A DNA stretch of 64,000 bases from Patescibacteria group bacterium UBA1388 (GCA_002305355.1 DBQS01000023.1:4189-68188); one strand, 5' to 3'; shown: positions 39,961-50,022, counted from the first letter of the stretch. Made by a program: numbers and translations. Notes: generated by a model from the sequence alone, not told the origin.

Positions 39961-40767
39961 TTATTCAGCAATCACGACGTAGAGAGGCATTAAGGCCACC
40001 TCTGCAGAAGCCATTTTGCCGTCAGAAGTGGTCTCAAAGGTTTGCCAAGCCTCGCCATCCCACCCGGCGATGGTAAGCTGACCTTCTTCTTGAGCTCTGA
40101 TATTGAGCTCCGCTGTGCCGGTTAAAGTAGAGCTAGCGCTGAGGGAATAAGGGTTTGACACGACTCTACCTGGAACATTGTCGGGATAACCTGCATTATT
40201 AAAAATAATCAAAAAGCGGATGACAGATAAATTCTGTGAGCTAATTTGAAACATACCGTCACGAGAAGAAAAGTCAGTTTCTTTCTCAAGATTATCAATA
40301 TATTTCCAATCTGATTTGAGGGCATACGGGTCATCACCTAGAAAGGTTGTTAAAAGTGACCCGCCTTTAATATCTTCGTGATAAGTGCAAGCTCCACCAG
40401 CACTACATGAACCTAAAAATATTTCTTTTGTGATAGGCAGCGTATTGAGGGTTAGTAAATCTTGTTCCGCTTGTACTAAAGTTCCAGTTTGGTACTCAAG
40501 GGTGTAATCAACTTCTTCAGCCGGTTTTTTGACATAGTCAACAGCAAACTCAATGTGGTGTCCGCTTGAAAGAGGAGTTAACCGCATGACCGGTCGTTCT
40601 GAAACAGGAATTACATTTTCTGGCAAGCTAATGCGAGTTTTGTTTTTAGTGGTTTCTTCCGGTTCATCATTAGATGGTCGATTTATCCACCATACCCCGC
40701 CAACTAATAACACCGCTAAAGCAATTACTATGCCAACAAGAATCGGCTTTTTAGGTAAATTCTTCAT
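39961..40767 (-). CDS. Hypothetical membrane-anchored exported protein
   Basis: N-terminal TM, beta-rich body, Cys pair LGSCSAGGACTY; SD AGAGGAG upstream. Confidence 0.75.
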   Translation of the reverse strand: MKNLPKKPILVGIVIALAVLLVGGVWWINRPSNDEPEETTKNKTRISLPENVIPVSERPVMRLTPLSSGHHIEFAVDYVKKPAEEVDYTLEYQTGTLVQAEQDLLTLNTLPITKEIFLGSCSAGGACTYHEDIKGGSLLTTFLGDDPYALKSDWKYIDNLEKETDFSSRDGMFQISSQNLSVIRFLIIFNNAGYPDNVPGRVVSNPYSLSASSTLTGTAELNIRAQEEGQLTIAGWDGEAWQTFETTSDGKMASAEVALMPLYVVIAE

Positions 40768-40813
40768 TTTTCTCCTCTTAAAAAATTGAACACGACTAGT
40801 TTACCCTAGCTTG

Positions 40814-42250
40814 TCAAGTTGAAGCTAGCACCATTCCTGATTGAGTTGACTCAAGTTGTTGATTCAGGAATTCTATTAGTTTATTGTACGGCACACGTTC
40901 TTGTTGAGTTGTATCGCGGTGTCTGACCGTCACACTGTCATCTTCTAGTGTTTGAAAGTCAATTGTCACGCAGTAAGGTGTGCCAATTTCATCTTGAGCT
41001 AAATATCGTTTACCAATGTTGCCTCGTTCATCCCAGGCGACAGGATACTTGCTGCGTAAGTGTTGGTAGATTTCGCGAGCCGCAGCAACCAACTCCGGTT
41101 TGTTTTTGAGCAACGGAAACACAGCAACTTTGTAGGGTGCTAGTTGAGGAGTAATTTTTAAGACCACCCGCTGATTGGAAGCATCAAATGAGTAAGCATC
41201 AGTTAAAATCATCAAAAATATTCGATTAATCCCCACCGCTGGTTCAATCACGTGTGGAATAAATTTATCGCCTGTTTGGGAATCTACATATTCCAAAGAT
41301 TTTCCGGAATGGGTCATTTGCTGTTTGAGGTCAAAATCAGTCCGATAAGCTAACCCCCAAAGCTCTTTCCAGCCAAATGAATATTGATACTCCAAATCAT
41401 AAGTTTCTAGGCTGTAATGACTTCGCTCGGCAGGGGAATGTTTTCGCCATCTCAGATGATCGGGATTAATTCCTAGTTGGTAAGTCACAAATGACCATAA
41501 TTGCCGTTTCCATTCATCCATTAATTGACGCCATTCTGATTGCTGAGGATTAAAAAAGTACTCAATTTCACCTTGTTCAAATTCAAGAGTGCGAAAAACA
41601 AATTGTCCAGTAGTGACTTCATTGCGAAATGATTTTCCAAGTTGTCCCACACCAAACGGCAATTGGACACGAGAAGAATCAAGAATATTTTTAAAGTTGG
41701 TAAATATACCTTGCGCAGTTTCACCACGCAAGTAAGTCTTAGACTTTTCCCCGCTCACCGCGCCAATAGCAGTTTCAAATAATAAATTAAATGCTTTAGG
41801 TGCGGAAACGGGATTCCCGTCCGGACTAAGCACTCGGTGTTGTTCAATAAATGCCGTTAACTCATCTAAAGACAGGTCCTCAATAGCTTTAGTCAAGGAC
41901 TGACTATTTTGCCCAAGTTTCGCCCACTCCTCTATTAAATGATCTGCGCGGTAGCGTTTGTGAGTAACTAGATCTTCTACCAGAGGGTCGCTAAATGAAC
42001 CCACATGGCCAGATGCTACCCACGTGTCTGGATGTAATATAATTTGCGAATCAATGCCAACCATATCTTCGCGATTGGTGACAAAAGATTGCCACCAAGC
42101 TTGGCGGATATTACGCAGTAATTCAACTCCGACAGGCCCATAATCATAAGAATTGGCTAGCCCACCATAAATACTGGACGTAGGAAAGACAAAGCCGCGT
42201 CTTTTAGCGAGTGCGACGATTGTTTCAAGTGAGACTGATTGTTTTGACAT
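40814..42250 (-). CDS. glyS: Glycine--tRNA ligase, homodimeric (alpha2) type
   Basis: KRRGFVF, YLRGETAQGIF, GKSFRNE, FRTLEFEQ, PHVIEPAVG, QDEIGTPYCVTID. Confidence 0.96.
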   Translation of the reverse strand: MSKQSVSLETIVALAKRRGFVFPTSSIYGGLANSYDYGPVGVELLRNIRQAWWQSFVTNREDMVGIDSQIILHPDTWVASGHVGSFSDPLVEDLVTHKRYRADHLIEEWAKLGQNSQSLTKAIEDLSLDELTAFIEQHRVLSPDGNPVSAPKAFNLLFETAIGAVSGEKSKTYLRGETAQGIFTNFKNILDSSRVQLPFGVGQLGKSFRNEVTTGQFVFRTLEFEQGEIEYFFNPQQSEWRQLMDEWKRQLWSFVTYQLGINPDHLRWRKHSPAERSHYSLETYDLEYQYSFGWKELWGLAYRTDFDLKQQMTHSGKSLEYVDSQTGDKFIPHVIEPAVGINRIFLMILTDAYSFDASNQRVVLKITPQLAPYKVAVFPLLKNKPELVAAAREIYQHLRSKYPVAWDERGNIGKRYLAQDEIGTPYCVTIDFQTLEDDSVTVRHRDTTQQERVPYNKLIEFLNQQLESTQSGMVLAST

Positions 42251-42269
42251 AGATTGAATTATTAGTTAT

Positions 42270-42420
42270 AAAAAAAATCCCTGCACTAATAGATCGTGCT
42301 AGGGACCCGAATAGCGGGCGGTTCCACCCTAGTTGATGGCTGATTCATGATCTTCATCAAGCCAGTCATCCCCTCTTAATTTTTTCAGCTCACGGTTGCC
42401 AATGCCGATCAACGCTGATG
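42270..42420 (-). promoter_or_regulatory. Glycine T-box riboswitch leader (transcription-termination type)
   Basis: AACTAGGG-TGGAACC-GCCCG..CGGGT-CCCTAG antiterminator, overlapping terminator TCCCTAGCAC..GTGCAGGGA-T8, GGC specifier at 42398-42400, directly upstream of glyS. Confidence 0.88.
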
Positions 42421-42425
42421 AGTAG

Positions 42426-42434
42426 ATTGTAGCA
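42426..42434 (-). promoter_or_regulatory. Extended -10 promoter of the glyS leader
   Basis: TGCTACAAT a few nt before stem I of the T-box. Confidence 0.6.
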
Positions 42435-42539
42435 AGATTCGTCATAAAAATACATGCTGAGAAAAATGATCAACATTAATTTTTTGAAAGAAGATTTATA
42501 AAGAAGAAGTTTCTTAATTTAAGATAAGATGTTCGCAAT

Positions 42540-43094
42540 TCATTTTTCTTGTCGCACAGACAAATATTCAAAGCTCCTCATCGGGCGCTCGCTGATATCT
42601 GCCACAATGTCAAGCACAGATGTTTGAGAGTCAGTTAGTCCTTGCGTGTGATAGCCCAATTTTTCCAATAGCGCGGTGAGTTGTAACTTCACCTGGCCGT
42701 TGGATTGGTGAGTAATCACAATTGAGTCACGCAAATGTAGGACGTGATGATAAATGTTGGTGTCAAGTTCTTCTTCGACAAATAATCGATCAACTATTTC
42801 CAAAAGTTGGGTCAGATGACGAATACTAACCAACGAACCACGAACAGAAGTGGTGTCAGCGAGCAATGTTGCTTGAGTAAGGAGTGGCATTGACTTTGTT
42901 TTGACGCAATGAATCTTGACCAAATTGCCCGGTTCAAGTGCGGCCCGCATCGAAGATTTTAGCTTTCTTACACCTTTCGCTACACAAGCGAGTTTCCCCA
43001 TTTCAGCTGTTAGTAAAACTACTACCCGATCTGTTTCACCCACGCTCGTGCGCTTCAGTACCAAACCCTGGCAACTAAATGTCTTAGAATTCAT
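42540..43094 (-). CDS. recO: DNA repair protein RecO (short form)
   Basis: GLVLKRTSVGETDRVVVLLT..GKL..VAKGVRKLKS...LEP. Confidence 0.9.
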   Translation of the reverse strand: MNSKTFSCQGLVLKRTSVGETDRVVVLLTAEMGKLACVAKGVRKLKSSMRAALEPGNLVKIHCVKTKSMPLLTQATLLADTTSVRGSLVSIRHLTQLLEIVDRLFVEEELDTNIYHHVLHLRDSIVITHQSNGQVKLQLTALLEKLGYHTQGLTDSQTSVLDIVADISERPMRSFEYLSVRQEK

Positions 43095-43165
43095 GCTTTC
43101 ATCCTAACACATTTGTGCCCACGAACTATAAAAAGGAAAACGATATTTGGTTCACGAAATAAAAA

Positions 43166-45223
43166 TTAAAATTCAGTTTGATATGATGTGTCTTTATCCA
43201 CCAGTATTTTTTCTTCTCCGCCCGTGACATCCATCAATGCTTCATAAGACGTGATCCCGCCTTGTTTCCAGATATCCAGTTTATACTCGGCTGAATCCTG
43301 GTAAGGTACGAGGTACTCTACAATTACTTTGGCGCTGCTATTGGGTTCTAAAATAAAGAAACCGTCAATCACACTTAACCCTGCTTCATCGTAAACTTGA
43401 GGTTCTTCTGTAAATCCTTGTGCGGAAATTACCTCCGATCCTGCAGGAACATAAATCCTCGTCCAGTCACGGAGTGTGGAGTTAAGGCAAAGCAAGCCTG
43501 CTTCCAGGTTGCAATTGTCTGCTCGTCGGTTGTTTTTATAAGTAATCTCTAAAGTTTTCCTTAATTTACCGTTTTCTGGAGGATTGGTAATGACTTGTTT
43601 GACAGTATAGTCGGTAAAAAGGTTAGACTTCGCCCCACCTAAATTGGCATTGACGATGGCCAGGAAATCTTGCCCTTCTTGGGGGGTAGGCATGCGACCT
43701 GCTGCTTTGAGGACCTCGGCTGCAGATTGGTGGGCTGCATCGACAAAATAAAGTTGTAAATGTTTGCCTTGGATTGAACTCCAACCCACACTAGCTAGTT
43801 GCGGCCACTGAGTTTTTGGAGCACCGTATGATTTTGTTAAGATTTCTCGCATCAATGGACCTAAAATACCCTTGCGGTCTTCTCGAAGATAAGGGGTAGG
43901 TCTGGTAATAATTTCAGATAGAGCATAAATAATTTGAGGGCAATCACAAGCCGGATCATTTTCGGCACTGAATGTGCCGTAACCGGGTACATTCACTGGG
44001 CCAAGCACACTCAGTAAAGCAGTTAAGAACTCAGTGTCAACGGCAATAATGCCATCAATTTCCCTTGGTTCACCGGGTATTTCTAAGTAGTGTTCAAAAA
44101 ACTGATCCATTGAAGTTTTATAATCTGGTGAGGTATTCATATCCCTCAGATGCCAATATTTTTCAGTGGTTAAGTATTTGCCCAGCGCTTCAGGAATAGG
44201 AATACGTTGATTAAACTTTTTGTCTAGCTCATAAATATCATCCGATTTTTCTGGTGTAACTTTTCCGTCTTCAACATTGACAACCGCGTAGGCAGTTAAG
44301 AATCCCCCTGTGGGTCGCAACTCATTATCATTTTGAAAAAGAATTAAGTATTTGCGGCGTTCCCCAGTCGCGCCCGCGATTGATGGTAGTTGCTCCAAAA
44401 CAGGCTTGAACTCAGTGACAGCGGTGATTGCTCCAGCTGAAAAATCTTGAGCAAGCGTGATGGTGTTTTTTATTTCATAACCCCGCAGTTCAGCAGGATA
44501 ATGATCTGGATTAAGTTCCGCCAACTCTGCGTTCATGGTCTGCAGTTCAGTAGTGACATCCTCAAGCTCTGGTGTGACTTTTTCTAGTGTTTGGAGAATG
44601 ACTTTCAGTCGGTCTTCAGCTGTGCCGCCTTCAAAGGTTCCTTCTCCCGTAAATCCGAGGATATCTGCATGAGGGGTAATAAGTGCTAGAGCTTTTTCTG
44701 CTGCGGTAATGCCAGCTTTGCCAGCATTGAGGGCATGCTGACCGTCTTCATAATAACGATTGGCAAATGGTAGATAATTATAAAAACCTAATTGATGATA
44801 AAGTTGCTCAATGGTGACTAACTTTTCATCTAATTGCTCGACCGAAACCGCCACCGCCGGTAAGTTTTGCGCTTTAAATTGGTCATAACCCTGAGCCGCA
44901 ATTGCTTTGGCGGCAAATAATTCTGTTTTGAGTTGATTGACCACCAGGTAAGTTTTAAAACCAACCATGCTAAAAATGGTAAGAATAAATATGAAAAACG
45001 CACAAATCCCGATGATAAGTTGATGTTTTTTGGCGAATGCAAATTTATGAGGTGCAATTGCCTGCTCACTCTGAGAAAAGCGAGCTGATTGGGTGTCAGC
45101 TTGATTGGGTTTGAGCGAAGGCTGCTCAGTACCTTCTCCCATGTAGGTTGGTGAATCGTCCTCACTTTTTTGATGACCAGGTTTGGGTAGGGATTTGAAA
45201 AAACTAAAATTTAAACGTGACAT
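43166..45223 (-). CDS. DUF4012-like membrane-anchored protein
   Basis: TM, long helical region, YLILFQNDNELRPTGGF, LRDMNTSPDY, DGIIAVD, NANLGGAKSN. Confidence 0.8.
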   Translation of the reverse strand: MSRLNFSFFKSLPKPGHQKSEDDSPTYMGEGTEQPSLKPNQADTQSARFSQSEQAIAPHKFAFAKKHQLIIGICAFFIFILTIFSMVGFKTYLVVNQLKTELFAAKAIAAQGYDQFKAQNLPAVAVSVEQLDEKLVTIEQLYHQLGFYNYLPFANRYYEDGQHALNAGKAGITAAEKALALITPHADILGFTGEGTFEGGTAEDRLKVILQTLEKVTPELEDVTTELQTMNAELAELNPDHYPAELRGYEIKNTITLAQDFSAGAITAVTEFKPVLEQLPSIAGATGERRKYLILFQNDNELRPTGGFLTAYAVVNVEDGKVTPEKSDDIYELDKKFNQRIPIPEALGKYLTTEKYWHLRDMNTSPDYKTSMDQFFEHYLEIPGEPREIDGIIAVDTEFLTALLSVLGPVNVPGYGTFSAENDPACDCPQIIYALSEIITRPTPYLREDRKGILGPLMREILTKSYGAPKTQWPQLASVGWSSIQGKHLQLYFVDAAHQSAAEVLKAAGRMPTPQEGQDFLAIVNANLGGAKSNLFTDYTVKQVITNPPENGKLRKTLEITYKNNRRADNCNLEAGLLCLNSTLRDWTRIYVPAGSEVISAQGFTEEPQVYDEAGLSVIDGFFILEPNSSAKVIVEYLVPYQDSAEYKLDIWKQGGITSYEALMDVTGGEEKILVDKDTSYQTEF

Positions 45224-45390
45224 AGTATAGAGCAGGTAACTATTTTATCACCAAAGCAACATTCTATCATTGAAAATCGTAATTGTGGATAGCGCCAAAA
45301 TTGATTTGCCTTCCAAGAGTGAATTTTCTCTGAGCATAATTTTTAAGCATCAATCAATAGATACCAGTCATTCCAGCCTATCAAGTCACC

Positions 45391-46014
45391 CTACCATTTT
45401 GAAATCATCGCCTGGGGAGTTTTCAGAAGGATTTTTATATCATACAAAATTGATTTCTTTTTTGAGTACTCGGCGTCCATTCTGGTTCTCACTCTAAAAG
45501 GCACTTCATTGCGGCCGCTAGTTTGCCACGGGCCAGTTATCCCTGGTTTGACGGAAATTATGTCTTTGATGTAAGGTTTTGTTTCTGGGTAACGCTCGGT
45601 TTGTTCTTCGAGTTCTTTGCGAACATAGGCCCGAGGTCCGACCATACTCATTTCACCCTTGAGAACGTTGTAAAGTTGGGGGAATTCATCAATAGTAAGA
45701 GATCTCAAAAACTTTCCGAGCGGTGTCACACGAGGATCATTTTTTATTTTCCAGTCGCTTTGTTTAAATTTTGCAAGTAATTTTTTATCATACTTATGCA
45801 AAATATCGTCAGCGTTGGGGACCATAGAGCGAAATTTATAGAGATAAAAATCTTTTCCATTTAGCCCCACTCTTTTGTGTTTAAATAAAATTGGTGTGCC
45901 TGAATCGAGAAATATCAAGACTGGTACCACAATCCAAAAAGGTAAAAATAAAAAAATTAAACCGGTGGCAACAAAAAGATCAAGAAGTCTTTTTTGTACA
46001 TCATAGATTGACAT
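45391..46014 (-). CDS. Polyprenyl-phosphate glycosylphosphotransferase (initiating sugar transferase)
   Basis: KRLLDL, YKFRSM, DPRVT, DEFPQL, MSMVGPR, KPGITG. Confidence 0.93.
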   Translation of the reverse strand: MSIYDVQKRLLDLFVATGLIFLFLPFWIVVPVLIFLDSGTPILFKHKRVGLNGKDFYLYKFRSMVPNADDILHKYDKKLLAKFKQSDWKIKNDPRVTPLGKFLRSLTIDEFPQLYNVLKGEMSMVGPRAYVRKELEEQTERYPETKPYIKDIISVKPGITGPWQTSGRNEVPFRVRTRMDAEYSKKKSILYDIKILLKTPQAMISKW

Positions 46015-47117
46015 TATAAATATTCCTTCTTACCTTCTTCCTTGAGTCGCTCGACAATTTTTTTCACATCCTGACTTTCACTTTTAGGAATGATCATTAG
46101 AATATCTGGTGTATCAATGATCACCATTTCGCTGACACCGCATATTGCCACCAGTCTTTTGTCAGTATGAATCAAATTGTTATGCGAGCGGATTGTGAGC
46201 GTGGGATGCGTTTCGTTGTCGCCAATAATGACATTCCCCTCCAGATTCTTAGCATCAAGATCATAAACTACTTTCCAGTCCCCCACGTCATCCCAACCAA
46301 AATCGCCAGGAATGAGTACCAAATTATCTACTTTCTCAGAAATAGCATAATCAATGGAAATTGTTTCTGCTTTGTCATAAATCTCTGGTAAAGCAGTCTG
46401 AAAATCACTGCGACCCAAGCTTGATAAATGAGCAGTGCGAGTAAAGAGATCAGGCTGGAATTCTTTAAATGCCGCAAGTAATGTTTGTGCTGACCAAACA
46501 TACATATTGGCGTTCCAAAAATACCGACCTGTAGAAATAAAAGCCTGGGCGGTGGCTCGATTTGGTTTTTCGGTAAAATTTTCAACCTGAAAGACATTTT
46601 GACCATGATTGATTTTTTTTAGATCTTGACCAATCTTAATGTATCCAAAACCGGTTGCTGGACGGTTGGGAGTAATTCCCACTGAAACTAGGTATTTGTT
46701 TTCAGCTGCCACTTGATTGGCAGCTTTCATCACATTTAAAAACTCTGTCTCATCTGTCACCACGTGATCGGAGGCACAATTGATAATCACTGCATCATGA
46801 TCAATACTCAGGGCAAATTGGGCTCCAACCAACATCGCCAAGGCAGTATCTCTTTTGTGCGGCTCAGCAATGATGTTTTCTTTAGGTAATGCAGGTAGTT
46901 GGTCCTTAATTTCTTTTTGATATAACTTGTTGGTGACAACAATAATCCTTTCCCAGGGAACAATTTTATTGATGCGGTTGACAGACATCTGCATCATTGT
47001 TTCTGGACCCATTAATTTTAAAAATTGCTTGGGGGTTTGGTTGCGAGATTTGGGCCATAGCCTAGTACCTCCCCCGCCTGCTAAGATGACCGCAAATGTA
47101 TGATCTAAATTTGACAT
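46014..47117 (-). CDS. manC: Mannose-1-phosphate guanylyltransferase
   Basis: ILAGGGGTRLWPKSR..PKQFL, FTEKP, SIDYAISEK, WDDVGDW. Confidence 0.9.
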   Translation of the reverse strand: MSNLDHTFAVILAGGGGTRLWPKSRNQTPKQFLKLMGPETMMQMSVNRINKIVPWERIIVVTNKLYQKEIKDQLPALPKENIIAEPHKRDTALAMLVGAQFALSIDHDAVIINCASDHVVTDETEFLNVMKAANQVAAENKYLVSVGITPNRPATGFGYIKIGQDLKKINHGQNVFQVENFTEKPNRATAQAFISTGRYFWNANMYVWSAQTLLAAFKEFQPDLFTRTAHLSSLGRSDFQTALPEIYDKAETISIDYAISEKVDNLVLIPGDFGWDDVGDWKVVYDLDAKNLEGNVIIGDNETHPTLTIRSHNNLIHTDKRLVAICGVSEMVIIDTPDILMIIPKSESQDVKKIVERLKEEGKKEYL

Positions 47118-47132
47118 AATTCCTTCCCCGGC

Positions 47133-48428
47133 TCAAATTGTACTGTGCTTTTGAAATAATTTGTAGGTAGTGTTTGCAAAATCATGTAGAAATTGGGTTT
47201 TTGTGTAAAGACGAGCAAGTTTAATTGAATCTTGAGGGTTAAATTGATGCTTATCAAACTGTTTGATAACCGTTGCAAGTTCTCGTGCTGTACTTGCCGT
47301 CTGATGCCAAGCTTGTTTGCGGTGCTTTAACACTTCAGAAATACCGCTTTGCTGATGGCAAATCACTCGGGTACCTTCAGCAGCTGCTTCCAATCCAATA
47401 ATCCCAAAATCTTCAATGCCAGCCATTATTAATGCCCAAGCATTTTGAATGAGCTGTTGTTTTTCTTGATGAGAAACTTGGCCTAAGAAGATGATCGATT
47501 GTTGGTTAGATAAGGCACTTGATAAACAAACACTGAGCTTTTCTCCTGCTCGTCTGACATAGGCTGCTCGCCCGGCTTGTTTGATCAAATCTTGTTTTTC
47601 ACTACCCGTTCCGATAATTATAAGAGGTAGGTGAGCAATTTGCGCAGCCTTAATAACTAGGTCTATTTTTTTATATTTTACTAAACGTGACACGACGAGC
47701 AGATATTTCCCTAAAGCTTGTAACTGTGATAAGAGAGTTTTTCTATTCGCTTGCATACCTTGAGTTGGGTGAATGGTATTTTGACGAGTAATTGGGTGAC
47801 GAAGGGGAATGTAAGGAGGATAAATCACAGCATCAACATTCAAATTATAGAATTTTGAAATTCTTTCGGCGACCAATTTAGAGATCGCAATCGTGGCATC
47901 TGGTCGGTGAGCAGCTGCACGATCCCACCATCGCAAGTAGCGCAAGACTGGTTTCATCATCCAACTGGTAAGAATTGATTTAAAACCAGGAAGAGTGTCT
48001 AGATATCCCTCTGGAGGATCATATAAATAACGGGGTGGGGTGAGTTGATAACAGAGATGAAATTGATGTGGTTTGGTTATTACTCCTTTAGCAGCTCCCG
48101 CTGTGACTGAGATGATGATGTCAAATTGATCAAGTTCAAGCGACTCAATGGCAAGCGGAGATAGTGGAGCTGTCAGGCGATAGTGATGCTTAAGACCAGG
48201 AACTCGTTGCAGAAAAGTAGTTTTAATCTGTGCATGATCAATCCAATTAAATTGCGATTTTTCTGCTACCGTTGTAAATATTGGAGCGAGCGGAAAAAGA
48301 TCATGCAGACACTCCAGTACAACCTCGGCACCACCATAACGAATGGCGAGGTGATCATAGATCAATGCAACTGATGATGAAAATTGACGCCGGATAATTT
48401 TTGACATAGGCGAAATGTTTGGCGACAA
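47133..48428 (-). CDS. Glycosyltransferase family 4 (mannosyltransferase-like)
   Basis: GGAEVVL, TPPRYLYD, VSRLVKYK, EDFGIIGLEA. Confidence 0.88.
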   Translation of the reverse strand: MSPNISPMSKIIRRQFSSSVALIYDHLAIRYGGAEVVLECLHDLFPLAPIFTTVAEKSQFNWIDHAQIKTTFLQRVPGLKHHYRLTAPLSPLAIESLELDQFDIIISVTAGAAKGVITKPHQFHLCYQLTPPRYLYDPPEGYLDTLPGFKSILTSWMMKPVLRYLRWWDRAAAHRPDATIAISKLVAERISKFYNLNVDAVIYPPYIPLRHPITRQNTIHPTQGMQANRKTLLSQLQALGKYLLVVSRLVKYKKIDLVIKAAQIAHLPLIIIGTGSEKQDLIKQAGRAAYVRRAGEKLSVCLSSALSNQQSIIFLGQVSHQEKQQLIQNAWALIMAGIEDFGIIGLEAAAEGTRVICHQQSGISEVLKHRKQAWHQTASTARELATVIKQFDKHQFNPQDSIKLARLYTKTQFLHDFANTTYKLFQKHSTI

Positions 48429-48429
48429 C

Positions 48430-49551
48430 TTAAATATTCAAGACCCGTTGATAAGTTTGCCAAGTTTGATTGACTAATTTATGCCAGTTATATTGTTGGC
48501 TGACCGAGATTGCTTTTGCTTGTTGAGAATGAAACAACTGTCTCTTTTCAAGTGCCATAACTTGATCAGCCAAACTTTGAGCTTGATTTGGTTTAAAGAA
48601 AAGTGCTGCCTCTTTATAAATTTCACGAAAAACTGGAATGTCACTGGCAATCACGGGTGTTCGAAAAGCAAGTGCCTCGATACCAGTCAAGCCAAAACCC
48701 TCAGATGTTGATGGTTGGATTAAAGCTTGCGTAGATTGATAAATAGTCGCCAATTGCCGATCATCAACTGCTCCCACATATTCGACTCTTTTAGTCAGTC
48801 GTATTTGTTGGACTTGCTTTAAAAATTGATCAGCAAAGACTGAGCGCGCGCTCACAACTTTCAAGTGATACTTGTCTGGTAAAAGCTTCAGCGCTGTTAA
48901 AATCAAGGCGACATTTTTGTGCGGGTAGAGGGAACCCACATAGAGTAATTGATGTTTGTCACGCTTGCGTAATGGACGAGATTTACCAAATTTGGTGAGC
49001 GCTGATGCTACTCCCTCATAAGTGACCTGTATCTTGTGTTGAACAGTAGGATAAATAGCGACAATCGTTTGAGCAACTGCCCGTGAAGGAACCATGATTT
49101 GTGACGCTCTTTTAATTGCATGGCGAGTAATCAAGCGATAAAAACCATATTTTAACCAATATTGCCAAGCGGGCAAAGTAGTTACTCTTGACCCTCGGTG
49201 GTGATGCCAGAGTAAATCATGAATTGTGAGCACAAATTTGCCTCGATAGAAAATTGGCAAATTGAAGTGTGGAATATGTAGTAAATCTAAGTGGTGACGT
49301 CCAAAAATAAAAGGTAGCAAGAGTTGCTCAGCGAGAGAATAGTGTCTGACGTTGGTCAACACAAGCTCGACATTACTTGGTAAAGACTGGTCTGAAAAAA
49401 GCTCATTAAATTGGGAGCGATTTCGAAAAAATAACACCCAATGCACATCACGATGTTTAATGATTTTCGGTACAAACTCAGCAATGTAACGACCAATGCC
49501 GGCGTGCTCTTTTCCAGCAAGCCGGCAATCAATCCCAATCCGAGTAGTCAT
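48430..49551 (-). CDS. Glycosyltransferase family 4
   Basis: GIGRY, TIHDL, YVGSLYPHKN, EGFGLTGIEA. Confidence 0.9.
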   Translation of the reverse strand: MTTRIGIDCRLAGKEHAGIGRYIAEFVPKIIKHRDVHWVLFFRNRSQFNELFSDQSLPSNVELVLTNVRHYSLAEQLLLPFIFGRHHLDLLHIPHFNLPIFYRGKFVLTIHDLLWHHHRGSRVTTLPAWQYWLKYGFYRLITRHAIKRASQIMVPSRAVAQTIVAIYPTVQHKIQVTYEGVASALTKFGKSRPLRKRDKHQLLYVGSLYPHKNVALILTALKLLPDKYHLKVVSARSVFADQFLKQVQQIRLTKRVEYVGAVDDRQLATIYQSTQALIQPSTSEGFGLTGIEALAFRTPVIASDIPVFREIYKEAALFFKPNQAQSLADQVMALEKRQLFHSQQAKAISVSQQYNWHKLVNQTWQTYQRVLNI

Positions 49552-49554
49552 AGA

Positions 49555-50022
49555 TTATGATTTTTTACTGGTTGTTTTGCGCTTACTAGTTCGTTTTGTT
49601 CTTGACTTTTTAGCAGCTTTTGATGTTGATTTATTGGCAGACTTTGAACTCTGGAGAGCTTCATCAACCAAAGCTTCCAGTTCTTTCAACTCTGACTCAT
49701 CCGGCAATTGCTCGCTTGATGTGTCAGACATAATTGCCAATTCTCTTTCCAGTTGAGCGATTCTCTTTCCTCTCAAGAAAATACCAAAAAGAACGTACAA
49801 CAAGTAAAGAACAGCAATCGCAAACGTGACTCCAGACATGTGCTCAATTACTAGTGGCGCCTCAGTTAACATTTGATCAGCGTAGACATATTGAATTAAC
49901 AAGGATGGTAATAATGCCGACACAAACAAGGCAGCGATAAAAATCAGAATTGATTCTAAAATGCGTTGCTGGTTAACTGCGCGCAGTGATTGGATTTGAA
50001 ATTGAGTAGACGTTTGGGTCAT
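49555..50022 (-). CDS. Hypothetical two-TM protein with Lys/Ser-rich tail
   Basis: Two hydrophobic segments, an acidic coil and a basic low-complexity C-terminus; its start overlaps the upstream GT2 stop. Confidence 0.7.
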   Translation of the reverse strand: MTQTSTQFQIQSLRAVNQQRILESILIFIAALFVSALLPSLLIQYVYADQMLTEAPLVIEHMSGVTFAIAVLYLLYVLFGIFLRGKRIAQLERELAIMSDTSSEQLPDESELKELEALVDEALQSSKSANKSTSKAAKKSRTKRTSKRKTTSKKS

